Shown here: one piece after another, positions 31,128 to 40,515 of the stretch | Layout: the number at the start of each line of letters is the position of its first letter | Position numbering within the stretch: the first letter of the stretch is position 1 | DNA from: Gemmatimonadota bacterium | GTDB lineage: Bacteria; Gemmatimonadota; Gemmatimonadetes; Gemmatimonadales; GWC2-71-9 | Assembly: GCA_036679645.1 (NCBI GenBank) | Contig: JAZDCY010000056.1 | Location: 64,001 to 128,000, forward strand | Direction: 5' to 3' | Length of the DNA stretch: 64,000 nt | Made by a program: the position numbers and the translations under genes | The notes under the pieces: generated by a model | Told to the model about the DNA's origin: nothing | Seen by the model: the letters and a program-made list of their open reading frames with translations, nothing else | Databases searched by the model: none

Positions 31128-32246
31128 ATGAAATCACTCCGGCAAGAACGGGGTGTCGCGCTGGTGATAGCTGTATTCGCCCTCGTGGTCATCGGGACGC
31201 TGGTGGCCGCCGCGTTCTTCATAGGTGTGCAACAGCAACGCGTCGGGCGAAACACGTTGACGTTCCAGCAGGCGCTGTCCGCGGCCGAAGAGGGCTTGAC
31301 GATGCAGGTCTCCAATTGGAACAGCACCACGTACAACGCGATGGCGATCGGTGACTCCGTAACGTTCACGGGAACGCTGCCGGGAAACGCGGCCTGGTAT
31401 CGCGGCACGCTCACCCGGCTGAACCCGATGCTCTACTTCATCCGATCGGAAGGGTTCAGCGCCGATAGTCTCTCGCGCCAGCACGTGGGGTTGCTGATCC
31501 GACTCCGTCCACTCGAGCTGCAGATCAACGCCGCGCTCGAGACACAGGGCAGAACGGAACTCAGCGGCAGCGCGTTCCTCGACGGCAGCGACGGGGTGCC
31601 TGCCGGTTGGACCTGCCCACCGGCCGGACCCGCACGCCCCGGGATCCGCATGACGGACTCGACGGAGCTGATCACCCGGGGCGGCTGCAGGGGCTGGGCC
31701 TGCCTGACCGGTGATCCGAAGGTCGAGGAAGATCCGACCATCGACAGCACGTCCCTCATGACCTTTGGGGACGCCGATTTTTCCGACCTCCGACAGTTCG
31801 CCAGCAAGATCCTGCCGCCCGCGACCTATACGGGCGTCGCGCCTGTCGTGGCCGGTGGCGAGTGCGTGACGTCGGAGATCAAGAACTGGGGAGAACCGCT
31901 GGCGCCCGGTTCCCCCTGTGCGGACTATTTCCCGTTCCTCTATGCCGACGGCAGTATCTCGGTCAACGGCGTTAGGGGCCAGGGCGTGTTGGTAGTGGCA
32001 GGCGACCTCAACGTGCAAGGCGGGTTCGAGTTCTTCGGGCCCGTCATAATACTGGGGCGGCTTTCCACGCAGGGAATCGGCGGCCACTTCACGGGGGGAG
32101 TCATTGCGGGAAACGTGTCTCTCGATCGGAACCAGATCGCTGGCGCCGCCAGCGCCGCCTACTCGAGCTGCGCGCTGGCCAGGGCGCTCATCGGATCGGC
32201 GGTCGCCCGCCCTCTCGACGAGCGAAGCTGGGCAAACCTCTACTAG
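31128..32246 (+). CDS. Type IV minor pilin, PilX-like
   Basis: ERG|VALVIAVFALVVI lacks Glu5, as is typical of PilX/GspK; AAEEG motif; long C-terminal beta-rich domain. Confidence 0.82.
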   Translation: MKSLRQERGVALVIAVFALVVIGTLVAAAFFIGVQQQRVGRNTLTFQQALSAAEEGLTMQVSNWNSTTYNAMAIGDSVTFTGTLPGNAAWYRGTLTRLNPMLYFIRSEGFSADSLSRQHVGLLIRLRPLELQINAALETQGRTELSGSAFLDGSDGVPAGWTCPPAGPARPGIRMTDSTELITRGGCRGWACLTGDPKVEEDPTIDSTSLMTFGDADFSDLRQFASKILPPATYTGVAPVVAGGECVTSEIKNWGEPLAPGSPCADYFPFLYADGSISVNGVRGQGVLVVAGDLNVQGGFEFFGPVIILGRLSTQGIGGHFTGGVIAGNVSLDRNQIAGAASAAYSSCALARALIGSAVARPLDERSWANLY

Positions 32247-32290
32247 CGTGCTCGACCAAGCGTTTCTGACCCAGATGGACAGTTCGGGAG

Positions 32291-33169
32291 GTGGCGCCTA
32301 GCTTCGCCCTTATGGATGCACCCCACCTCATCATCTCGAACCCGCCGCATGACGCGGGGGATCTGCGACCGGTAGCCCCCTGCTTCGGCCTCAGCGTGGC
32401 CGAAGTCAGGATGAAAACGAACTACCGGGTGCCGGAGATCTGGTTCGCGGAAAGAGATCCGCACGAGGTCGAGCCGATCAACGCACTGCTCACCGAAGCC
32501 GGCCTAAAGACCGTCGTCCGGACACAGATGGACCTCGCCCAAGTTCCGCCGCAAACCCAGGTCGAGTCCTTTTCGTTTGCCGAGACGGGTTTGGTTGCTC
32601 GTTGGGACGATAGCGAAGTGACCATACCATACGACGCCGAAACTATCGCCGTGTTCTGCCAGCCGGGTGGAGATGTCGCGGAATCGGAGTCGAGCGGCCG
32701 CGGTCTCTCGGCACGGTTGTCTCACGGCAGCGCCTACACCGGCACACACGGCCGATCCAGCCTGTCGTCGCTCGCGTCACAACTCTCCGCGACGCATAGC
32801 TCGACCTTTCTGGATCTTTACGTGGCCCTCGACGGTGATTTGCAGCGAATCTCGTTCGTCGAGGCGACGGTCGACTTCGCGGGGTTGCACATGCGGCTCC
32901 CGCGAGCGACGGACAACATGGTGATGTTCGTTGCCGAATGCGAAGATCGGTTTACCAACGCCCAGTTTGACCGACGCCTCGTTGGCATGCTGCTACGCAA
33001 GCGGCGGACGGCACCCACGCAGCCGCCGCCACAAACGTCTGGGCAACGGCGCCGTCTCTCTTTTGCCACGCCGGCGTTGACCGATCTGCTCGAGAAGGTC
33101 TCGGATGATTTGAAGGACGCGTCTCAGCCGGATTTCTCGTCCCGACTGGTCTATCTGACGAAGCGGTAG
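32291..33169 (+). CDS. Hypothetical protein
   Basis: Long ORF filling the gap; alternative ATG at 32312; no motif recognised. Confidence 0.65.
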   Translation: MAPSFALMDAPHLIISNPPHDAGDLRPVAPCFGLSVAEVRMKTNYRVPEIWFAERDPHEVEPINALLTEAGLKTVVRTQMDLAQVPPQTQVESFSFAETGLVARWDDSEVTIPYDAETIAVFCQPGGDVAESESSGRGLSARLSHGSAYTGTHGRSSLSSLASQLSATHSSTFLDLYVALDGDLQRISFVEATVDFAGLHMRLPRATDNMVMFVAECEDRFTNAQFDRRLVGMLLRKRRTAPTQPPPQTSGQRRRLSFATPALTDLLEKVSDDLKDASQPDFSSRLVYLTKR

Positions 33170-33180
33170 AGGCATTTGAT

Positions 33181-33222
33181 CGCGGCTAAAGCCGCGGCTC
33201 GGCTGGTGTCACTAAAGTGACG
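33181..33222. repeat. Left inverted repeat with two hairpins (REP-like)
   Basis: CGCGGCT-aa-AGCCGCG (33181-33196) and GTCACT-aa-AGTGAC (33208-33221). Matches the reverse complement of 33671-33713. Confidence 0.85.
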
Positions 33223-33276
33223 TTAGGGCGGTGGAATGATGATGGTCGCGCGCGGCCGGGATCGCATCCTACACGT

Positions 33277-33708
33277 ATGCGTGACCGGATCTTCGTGCAC
33301 ATCGCGTGGACCACCCGAGATCGAGAGCGGACGATGGATCGGCGTGTGGCGGCGTTCCTCGTCGAGGCACTGCCGATCATCGCGAGACAGGAACGCGCGG
33401 TCATCCTCGAGATCGGGATAGTCCGGACCCACCTCCACCTACTCGTTCGACTACATCCAACAACGACGATACCCCGCTTGATGCAGCGGATGAAGGGCGG
33501 TACGTCGATTGTGGCCAACCGGGACGGGATCGCCACGCGCGAGCTGCGTTGGGCCAAGGGCTACAACATCGACTCGGTCAATCCACGAGGCCTCGAGACG
33601 GTCCGTCTCTATATCCGCAACCAGGCCCTGCGTCACCCCGACGAGGCAATCCCTGACTGGAGCCCCCCACACGTCGCTTCAGCGACATCAGCCGAGTCGC
33701 GGCTTTAG
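33277..33708 (+). mobile_element. tnpA: IS200/IS605-family Y1 (HUH) transposase, possibly REP-associated (RAYT-like)
   Basis: HIAWTTRDR, HUH motif HLHLL, MKGGTS, WAKGY, catalytic-Tyr motif YIRNQ; no tnpB; flanked by inverted double hairpins. Confidence 0.85.
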
Positions 33709-33713
33709 CCGTG
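33671..33713. repeat. Right inverted repeat with two hairpins (REP-like)
   Basis: GTCGCT-tc-AGCGAC (33673-33686) and CGCGGCT-tt-AGCCGTG (33698-33713); contains the tnpA stop codon. Confidence 0.85.
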
Positions 33714-33751
33714 GAAACCCGGCGGCGAAAACCCTATCTTCTTCCGGACCC

Positions 33752-36358
33752 GTGACCTCCACCGACCGTCTCAAGACCGCCCTCGCCAACCGCTACAAGA
33801 TTGAGCGGGAGATCGGCAGTGGCGGCATGGCGACGGTCTACCTCGCCGAGGACCTGAAGCATCACCGTCAGGTGGCGGTGAAGGTGTTGCGCCCCGATCT
33901 CGCCGCCACGCTCGGCCCCGAGCGGTTCATTCGCGAGATCGAGACGGCCGCGCGACTCGAGCACCCGCACATCCTGACACTCATCGACTCGGGTGAGGCG
34001 GACGGATTTCTCTTCTTCGTCATGCCGTTCGTCCGGGGCGAGTCGCTGCGCGAGAAGTTGAACCACGGTGAACTCCCCATTAGCGAGGCCGTGCGCATTC
34101 TCCGGGACGTGGCCGATGCCCTGGCCTACGCGCACGGCGAGGGCCTCATCCACCGCGATGTGAAACCCGACAACGTGCTGCTTTCCGGTCATCACGCAGT
34201 CATCACAGATTTCGGCGTAGCCAAGGCCGTGAGCGAGGCAACGGGACGCCAGCATATCACGACCGCGGGCGTGGCACTTGGGACGCCTACGTACATGGCA
34301 CCGGAACAAGCGTCTGCCGACCCCAACGTCGACCATCGTGCCGATATCTACGCCCTCGGGTTGCTCGCCTATGAGATGCTGACAGGTAGCCCGCCGTTTA
34401 CAGGACCGACGCAGCAGGCCGTGCTGGCGGCGCACATCACGCAAGCGCCGGCGCCGGTGACCGATATGCGCGAGGCCATTCCTGCTGCGCTGGCCGAGTT
34501 GGTGATGAAGTGCCTCGAGAAGAAGCCCGCCGATCGCTGGCAGCGCGCGGAGGACATTCTCACCCGGCTCGATGTGGCGGCTACGCCCAGCATGGGCGTC
34601 ACGCCCACGGATACGCGACCCATCCAGGCCATGCCCGCTGGGCGCACCCGGAGAAACGCCGCCATTCTGGGGGGCGCGGTCGTCGTCGCGGCCGTGGCGG
34701 TCGGGGTGATCCTGCTTCCGGACGGCGGCTCCCCGTTGGTGCAGGACCGCGTCGTCGTCGGCCTATTCGAGAACGAAACCGGTGACGCGGCGCTCGACCC
34801 GATCGGGAAGATGGCGGCCGACTGGATCACGCAGGGACTCCAGCGGACGGGGTCTGTCGATGTGATCGCATCCCCGACGGCGCTCCAGGCATCGAACTAC
34901 GTGCGCGCCGAGTTGGAGGCGGGACGCGTGGCCGATCCCGTCGAAGCATTGGCGCGCGAAACGCGGGCAGGAATGGTCGTCTCAGGCACCTACTATCGGG
35001 ACGGTAACAACATCCGTCTCCAAGTGCAGATCACAGACGCCGCGCGCGGGAAGTTGATCGGCACGCTCGACCCCGTGATCCGCCACCAAGACTCCGTAAC
35101 CAGCGGCATCGAGGCGGTACGCGAGCGTGTCATGGGACTGCTGGCCGTCACCTTGGACGAACGGATCGCCGGTGGGGCCGTGGCGACGGCTCGCCCCCCA
35201 ACATTCGAAGCGTACCGCGCGTTCAACGATGGGCTCGAGCGGTACCTCGCGAACAGCAGTGACTCTAGCGCCGCGGCCGCGTTCCACCTCGCGTTCGAGC
35301 GGGACACCTCGTTCCTCGTACCGCTGATCTACGCGGCGCTAGTAGAGCGCAACGCCGGCAGGTACGACGAAATGGATGCGACGACCCGCATCCTCGAGGC
35401 GCGTCGCGCCGAGTTGTCCGACTACCATCAGGCGTGGGTGGATTACAACCGCGCGCGTGTCGACGGAGACAATGAAGCGGCGTATCGCCATATCCGAAGG
35501 GCTGCCCAGCTCGCGCCGGGGTCGAAATCCGTTTACAACACGGCGTTCATTGCCGTGGAGACCAACAGGCCACGGGCCGCACTAGAACGACTCGCACAGC
35601 TGGATCCGGAGCGCGCCCCAATGCGCGGGTGGAGGGACTACTGGCAGGTATTTACCGGGGCAAACCATTTGGTGGGAGAGTTCTCAGCCGAGCTAGAGGC
35701 AGCGCGGCGCGGCAAAATACAGTATCTCGACGCACCCGTTTTTCTGTACTCGGAACTCGTCGCGCTCGCAGCACTCGGGCAACTCGACACGCTCTTGGCA
35801 CTCATGCCGGAGGCGGCGGCGAGCACGTCACCCGCCGAGTGGGCGGAACGGCTGAACGGCGTCGTCAACGAAGTTGCTGCCCACCAGCCTGACCGTGCGG
35901 GGCCCATGGTGGATAGCGCCGTTGCCTGGTTTGAGCGCAGGCCGGAACGCGAGCGCTCGGAGCAGTGGTACCGCAACCAGTACCAATTGGCGCTGGCGCG
36001 TGCGGGCCGGCTCGAAGAGAGCAAGGCGATCCTCCAGGACCTCGCGCGGGAGTACCCCGACCAATGGAGTCTGCGCGCGAATCTGGGCGTCCTCACAGCG
36101 CACATGGGCGGCCGCGCTGCAGCGGAGGACCTGTCCGACTGGCTCGCGCAACTCGACCTGCCGCACCTGCGCGGCGCGCACACCGCATGGCGCGCGAGAA
36201 TCGCGGCGTATCTGGACCAACCGGAGGTCGCAGTTCAACTGCTGCGTCAGTCAATTCGCGAGGGGCAGTCCTATTTGTGGATGCACCGCGATCCCGCCTT
36301 CGTGGAAGGACTCGCCAATTACACTCCTTTTCAGGAGTTGTTGCGACCAAAGGGGTAG
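33752..36358 (+). CDS. Hanks-type Ser/Thr protein kinase with TM, TolB-N-like and TPR-like extracytoplasmic region
   Basis: GSGGMATVY, VAVK, HRDVKPDN, DFG, GTPTYMAPE, DIYALG; TM AAILGGAVVVAAVAVGVILL; FENETGD; helical repeats. Confidence 0.92.
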   Translation: MTSTDRLKTALANRYKIEREIGSGGMATVYLAEDLKHHRQVAVKVLRPDLAATLGPERFIREIETAARLEHPHILTLIDSGEADGFLFFVMPFVRGESLREKLNHGELPISEAVRILRDVADALAYAHGEGLIHRDVKPDNVLLSGHHAVITDFGVAKAVSEATGRQHITTAGVALGTPTYMAPEQASADPNVDHRADIYALGLLAYEMLTGSPPFTGPTQQAVLAAHITQAPAPVTDMREAIPAALAELVMKCLEKKPADRWQRAEDILTRLDVAATPSMGVTPTDTRPIQAMPAGRTRRNAAILGGAVVVAAVAVGVILLPDGGSPLVQDRVVVGLFENETGDAALDPIGKMAADWITQGLQRTGSVDVIASPTALQASNYVRAELEAGRVADPVEALARETRAGMVVSGTYYRDGNNIRLQVQITDAARGKLIGTLDPVIRHQDSVTSGIEAVRERVMGLLAVTLDERIAGGAVATARPPTFEAYRAFNDGLERYLANSSDSSAAAAFHLAFERDTSFLVPLIYAALVERNAGRYDEMDATTRILEARRAELSDYHQAWVDYNRARVDGDNEAAYRHIRRAAQLAPGSKSVYNTAFIAVETNRPRAALERLAQLDPERAPMRGWRDYWQVFTGANHLVGEFSAELEAARRGKIQYLDAPVFLYSELVALAALGQLDTLLALMPEAAASTSPAEWAERLNGVVNEVAAHQPDRAGPMVDSAVAWFERRPERERSEQWYRNQYQLALARAGRLEESKAILQDLAREYPDQWSLRANLGVLTAHMGGRAAAEDLSDWLAQLDLPHLRGAHTAWRARIAAYLDQPEVAVQLLRQSIREGQSYLWMHRDPAFVEGLANYTPFQELLRPKG

Positions 36359-36378
36359 CTGGAAACGCGTCTGTGCTC

Positions 36379-36903
36379 CTACTGAAACCTCCTCACATTC
36401 CTCCCCCCCGAACCCCTACCCAGCTTCTCCTCCAGCGTCACCAACCGCGCCCGCGGCGGGATACCCGGCTCCAGCTCCATGAGGCCGATAGACGGCAACG
36501 CCTTGAGTCGCGACCGGCCCGACGCACCGGGGTTCATGACCGTCACCGTATCGTCCAGGAACTCCAGCACCGGCTCGTGCGTGTGGCCGTAGACCAGGAT
36601 GTCGGCTTCGGGAAACTCGCGACGCAACGTATCGGGATCGAGCTGGCCAAACTGATCGCCGTGCGTGACCGTGATGTAGCAACCGTCCAGCTCCAGCTTG
36701 GCAATCCGCGGACAGCGGTCGCGAACGTCGAATCCGTCGGTATTGCCGTAAACAGCCGTGACGGGCGCGATCGTTTCCAATTCCGCGAGCAACTCGGCCG
36801 GCCCTATGTCGCCGGCATGCAGGATATGATCCACTTCCTCGAACATCTCGAAGATGCCGGGACGCAGCACACCGTGCGTGTCGGCGAGGATACCTAAGCG
36901 CAT
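36379..36903 (-). CDS. YfcE-like metallophosphoesterase
   Basis: ADTHG, HAGD, GNTD, THGD, GHTHEP, NPGA. Confidence 0.9.
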   Translation of the reverse strand: MRLGILADTHGVLRPGIFEMFEEVDHILHAGDIGPAELLAELETIAPVTAVYGNTDGFDVRDRCPRIAKLELDGCYITVTHGDQFGQLDPDTLRREFPEADILVYGHTHEPVLEFLDDTVTVMNPGASGRSRLKALPSIGLMELEPGIPPRARLVTLEEKLGRGSGGRNVRRFQ

Positions 36904-37085
36904 CCCGTCACTGACCTCGGCGGTTGGGTGTTGGTGTTTGGTGCGGATGCGTCGGCGGCTTCTTGGGCGACGGCCGCCGCACCCGCTGAGGGCGGGACTT
37001 CTTCACGGGCCCGGTCTTGGTCGACCCTGCCCTCTCCCCCCCACCCACCACTACGCGTCTAGGCGTCTTCGCGTCCCCCTGTCAA

Positions 37086-37173
37086 CTGAGCATCTGAGCA
37101 CCTGAGCACCTGAGCACCTGAGCGTCTGAGCACCTGAGCGTCTGAGCAGCTGAGCGCCTGAGCACCTGAGCGT
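37086..37173. repeat. Tandem octamer repeat (CTGAGCRN)x11
   Basis: Eleven consecutive 8-bp units (CTGAGCAC, CTGAGCGT and variants) abutting the stop codon of the methyltransferase gene. Confidence 0.95.
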
Positions 37174-37893
37174 CTACACGGCACCCCAGTGCACCGCCAC
37201 GATCCCCATCGTCAGCCGCTCGTACCCCACATCCTGAAACCCCGTATCCTCCATCAATCTCGCCAGATCGTCCGGCGCGGGAAAGCGCAACACGGACTGT
37301 GGCAGATACGTATAGGCTTCTCTATGTTTCGACACGATTCGTCCGATCAGCGGAAGCACGCGCCGGAAGTAGAAGAGGTAGACCGGACGGATCGGCCACG
37401 CGCTGGGCGTCGTGAACTCGAGAATGACGGCTCGCGCGCCTGGTTGCAACACCCGCCGCAGCTCTGTGAACCCCGACCGGAGGTCGACGAGATTCCGCAC
37501 GCCGAATCCGACGGTCACTCCGGCGAACGACGCATCCGGAAACGGGAGCTGCAGCGTGTCGGCACCAACCGGCTCCAAGCCCGGTACCTTGCCTCGACCC
37601 AGCTGCAGCATAGGGACGACAAAGTCGGCGCCCACCACCCGACCGCTGAAGCCATCGCGTCGCGCCAGCTCGGCCGCGAGATCGAGTGTCCCCGCGCACG
37701 CGTCGAGATAGGTGCCGTCCGGCACACGCTCCCAGCCCAGCCGATCGACCGCGCGGCGGCGCCATCTCTTGTCGACGTTGAGGCTCAGGAGATGGTTGAG
37801 CAGGTCGTACCGCGGAGCGATGGCGGTGAACATGTTCCGCACGTACGAACGCCTCTCGGCCGGCGGCAGCGGGGTCTCCACGGCAGGCGTCAT
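37174..37893 (-). CDS. Ubiquinone/menaquinone biosynthesis C-methyltransferase (UbiE/MenG family)
   Basis: MFTAIAPRYDLLNHLLS, DACAGTLD, FGVRN, ILEF, YTYLPQS. Confidence 0.92.
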   Translation of the reverse strand: MTPAVETPLPPAERRSYVRNMFTAIAPRYDLLNHLLSLNVDKRWRRRAVDRLGWERVPDGTYLDACAGTLDLAAELARRDGFSGRVVGADFVVPMLQLGRGKVPGLEPVGADTLQLPFPDASFAGVTVGFGVRNLVDLRSGFTELRRVLQPGARAVILEFTTPSAWPIRPVYLFYFRRVLPLIGRIVSKHREAYTYLPQSVLRFPAPDDLARLMEDTGFQDVGYERLTMGIVAVHWGAV

Positions 37894-37934
37894 GGGGCGG
37901 AAAGATACGAACCGCACCGCGCACGTATCAACCG

Positions 37935-38540
37935 GTGACCACGCCGCTCCCGGAGCTCATCGAAGCCAGCGACCGCGACATCGTCATCGCGGCCCAGGAA
38001 GGCCGCGAGTCGGCATTCCGCGAGCTGATCCGGCGCTACCAGCGGCCCGTATTCTCGCTCATCTATCGCATGGTCCGGGACCGGGAGCTGGCCGAAGATC
38101 TGGCGCAGGAGACGTTCATCAAGGTCCTAAACGCGGTCGATTCCTACCGGCCGGAACACAAATTCTCATCGTGGATATTCAAGATCGCGAACAACGCGGC
38201 TATCGATCAGCTGCGGCGCCGCCAGCTCGATACGCTCTCGCTCGAGGGCGCTCCCGATGCAATCACGCAGGAACGGCAGGCGGCGACCGCCCTTCAGCTC
38301 AGCTCGGGTGGTGAATCCCCGCTGGACGAGCTGGAAGCGCGGGAGCTGGGATCGCAGATCGAAGCGGCGATAGCCCGGCTGAGACCGGAATACCGGGCAT
38401 GTATCATCCTGCGACATGTCGAAGGGCGCCCTTACGATGAGATCGCCGAGACGCTAGGACTTCCTCTCGGCACGGTGAAGACCTACATCCACCGAGCCCG
38501 GGGAGAGCTGCGCGAATACCTCGACCCGCTGCGCGAGTGA
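37935..38540 (+). CDS. ECF sigma-70 factor (SigW/RpoE-like)
   Basis: AEDLAQETFIK, FSSWIFKIANN, YDEIAETLGLPLGTVKTYIHRAR. Confidence 0.93.
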   Translation: MTTPLPELIEASDRDIVIAAQEGRESAFRELIRRYQRPVFSLIYRMVRDRELAEDLAQETFIKVLNAVDSYRPEHKFSSWIFKIANNAAIDQLRRRQLDTLSLEGAPDAITQERQAATALQLSSGGESPLDELEARELGSQIEAAIARLRPEYRACIILRHVEGRPYDEIAETLGLPLGTVKTYIHRARGELREYLDPLRE

Positions 38541-38635
38541 CGGCCGCCGATGCCATCATCGAACCCGGATTTGTTGCAGAGAGGGACAAAGCATACAGAG
38601 GGGAATGTGACAGAAATCACCCGCGGGAAACCTGT

Positions 38636-38661
38636 TGAAACCTCACGATCGGGACACCGTA
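38636..38661 (+). promoter_or_regulatory. ECF (SigW-type) promoter
   Basis: TGAAAC (38636-38641), 16-nt spacer, CGTA (38658-38661), 13 nt before ATG 38675. Identical to the B. subtilis SigW consensus. Confidence 0.7.
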
Positions 38662-38674
38662 ATGGGGGGCAGAT

Positions 38675-39193
38675 ATGAACGACGATACTCGACATCCGAC
38701 ACCGCCCGGCGATACGCCGGCGCTGGACAGACTGCTGGCCGGCCTGGGGCGGCTGAGCCCCGGACGCGGCTTCGAGCAGAAGGTGCTGGCGCTCGTCCGC
38801 ATCCCGCTGCCCAAATGGGCCTGGCGAATCCGTGAGACGTTTCGCGGGCTCACCTCAGGTCCTCGGGGCTGGGTCATTCTGGGAACGCTGTCGCTGGCAA
38901 CCGCGACGGCGTGGTTCGGCACTGCGGCTTTTGCCTTCCGGTTTCGCCATGACGCGGAGCCGTACGTAAGCAGAGGCAGTGACATCCTCACAAGAATCGT
39001 CGAGCCGGTCTGGGGCGAGATGCTCGCCCTTGGTGCGGCTCAGCGTGATGCCTTTGGCAACTCCGTCACGAACGCGTTCGGGGGATTGGGAGTCTCCTGG
39101 CCGGTGCTCGCAATCGGCTACGGCGTGCTCGTCGTGGTCAGCGCGATCGGCCTCAGGCTCCTCATGAACCGGCACGCCAAGGTGGATGGTTAA
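38675..39193 (+). CDS. Putative membrane anti-sigma factor
   Basis: Immediately downstream of the ECF gene; LSPGRGFEQKVL motif (P.GF..RV-like) followed by two TM helices. Confidence 0.65.
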   Translation: MNDDTRHPTPPGDTPALDRLLAGLGRLSPGRGFEQKVLALVRIPLPKWAWRIRETFRGLTSGPRGWVILGTLSLATATAWFGTAAFAFRFRHDAEPYVSRGSDILTRIVEPVWGEMLALGAAQRDAFGNSVTNAFGGLGVSWPVLAIGYGVLVVVSAIGLRLLMNRHAKVDG

Positions 39194-40515
39194 CACTATG
39201 TGGCATAACACTTTTCGTGGGTTCGTCGGCCTCGCGGCGGTTGCCGTTGTGGCTCCATCTGCGGCTGCGCAACGCGCCGAGGTCGTGGGATACTCCCTCT
39301 CGACATCGTCCCGGGAAGCGCTCCTCACCTTCCATCTGACCGATGGAGCGACGCTGCCGGTCGGCCTTGTCGGCGGTACGGTGCGGATCGGCGAGGCCGC
39401 CGTGGGCGGCTACTCCCCTGGCGGGCAGCTCGAGTCTCAGTGGCGTGCCTTCCTGAATCAGTCCGCGGTCCTGTCGACCGCCGAGCTAATCGCGGCGGTC
39501 CACGAATGGGCGCCGGATGGTCTGGGCGATGGCGACCGGGAATCTGCCGGGATGCTGCGCGAGCTGTTCGTCCAGCTCCAGGCGGCCGCGATTACCACCC
39601 GGTTTCCGGCGGTCCCGCCCGTCCCGCAGATAGCCGGTGTTGGCAAAGTCAACCCGGCGATGGCGGGGGAAATCGCTGACGATGTGGTTGTCGCGACCGA
39701 GCTGGCAACTCGCATTGCAGAGGCGGTCGCTGGGGCGAGCGAAGCCCGCGAGCGCGCGTCGGGGGCCAGGGCGCTGCGCGACCGGATTCGCAACACGGTG
39801 CGGACGCGCGTGCGCGGCAATACGCGGGATCGGGTTCAGCTTACATTCGGCGACCACGAGTCCCGGTCGGTCGGGGCCGTCGGACCCGTCGAAGCCGCCT
39901 GGCATGGGCTGCTTGGCGTCCTGGGAACGTTCGTGGCCCTGATGGGTGTGGGCTTTGGCGTGAGCTTCTTTGCCGACCGGCAGCTAGACGTCATGGCGGA
40001 CACGGTGCAGAACTCGTTTGGCCGGTCGTTCTATGCTGGTGGGACTCACGCTCACCGTGATCGGCGTCCTGGTCATACCGATGGCGATAATAGCGTTCGT
40101 CGCCGCTCTGGCCGCTGCCGTCGCCGGCGGGTATCTGGCCGTCGCCCGGGTCGCCGGGGCCAAGTTCCTGTCCCGGAAACAACAGGACTACGGGGTCGAG
40201 GGTGCTGGCATGTTGCGGTCCCTCGCCTACGGCGTCGGCATCCTCCTGGCCATCTGGCTCCCAGCCGTGCTCCTGGGGTCGGCACCGGTTGCCGGATCGA
40301 TCCTGACATGGACTGCCGTTGCAGCCACGTGGGGACTGGCCACGACGGGCTTTGGCGCCGCCATTCTGACGCGCGGTGGTCTGCGCGGCACCTTTGGACA
40401 GCGGTTCGCGCCGCATGCAATCGCCCCCGATCACGTCTTCGCCGAACCTCTCGAAGACCCGCTGGCGACCAAGGTCGACACGGCCGAGTGGCTGGCAGAG
40501 GGAAGCCGGAAGTGA
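39186..40515 (+). CDS. Membrane protein (exported N-terminus, multi-TM C-terminus), frameshifted at ~40035
   Basis: ORF 39186 is protein-like to GRSFYAG, then TM coding continues in ORF 40018 (MLVGLTLTVIG...GFGAAILTRGG) to the stop at 40515. Confidence 0.7.

Noticed and set aside
33277..33760. IS605-type TnpB/RNA-guided nuclease
   Set aside because: No tnpB follows tnpA; the next gene is a Ser/Thr kinase.
36910..37060. Small basic minus-strand ORF (VKKSRPQRVRRPSPKKPP...)
   Set aside because: Very short, low complexity, and without a clear RBS or homology evidence.
37086..37173. Possible CRISPR array
   Set aside because: Contiguous 8-bp units with no unique spacers and no cas genes in the window.
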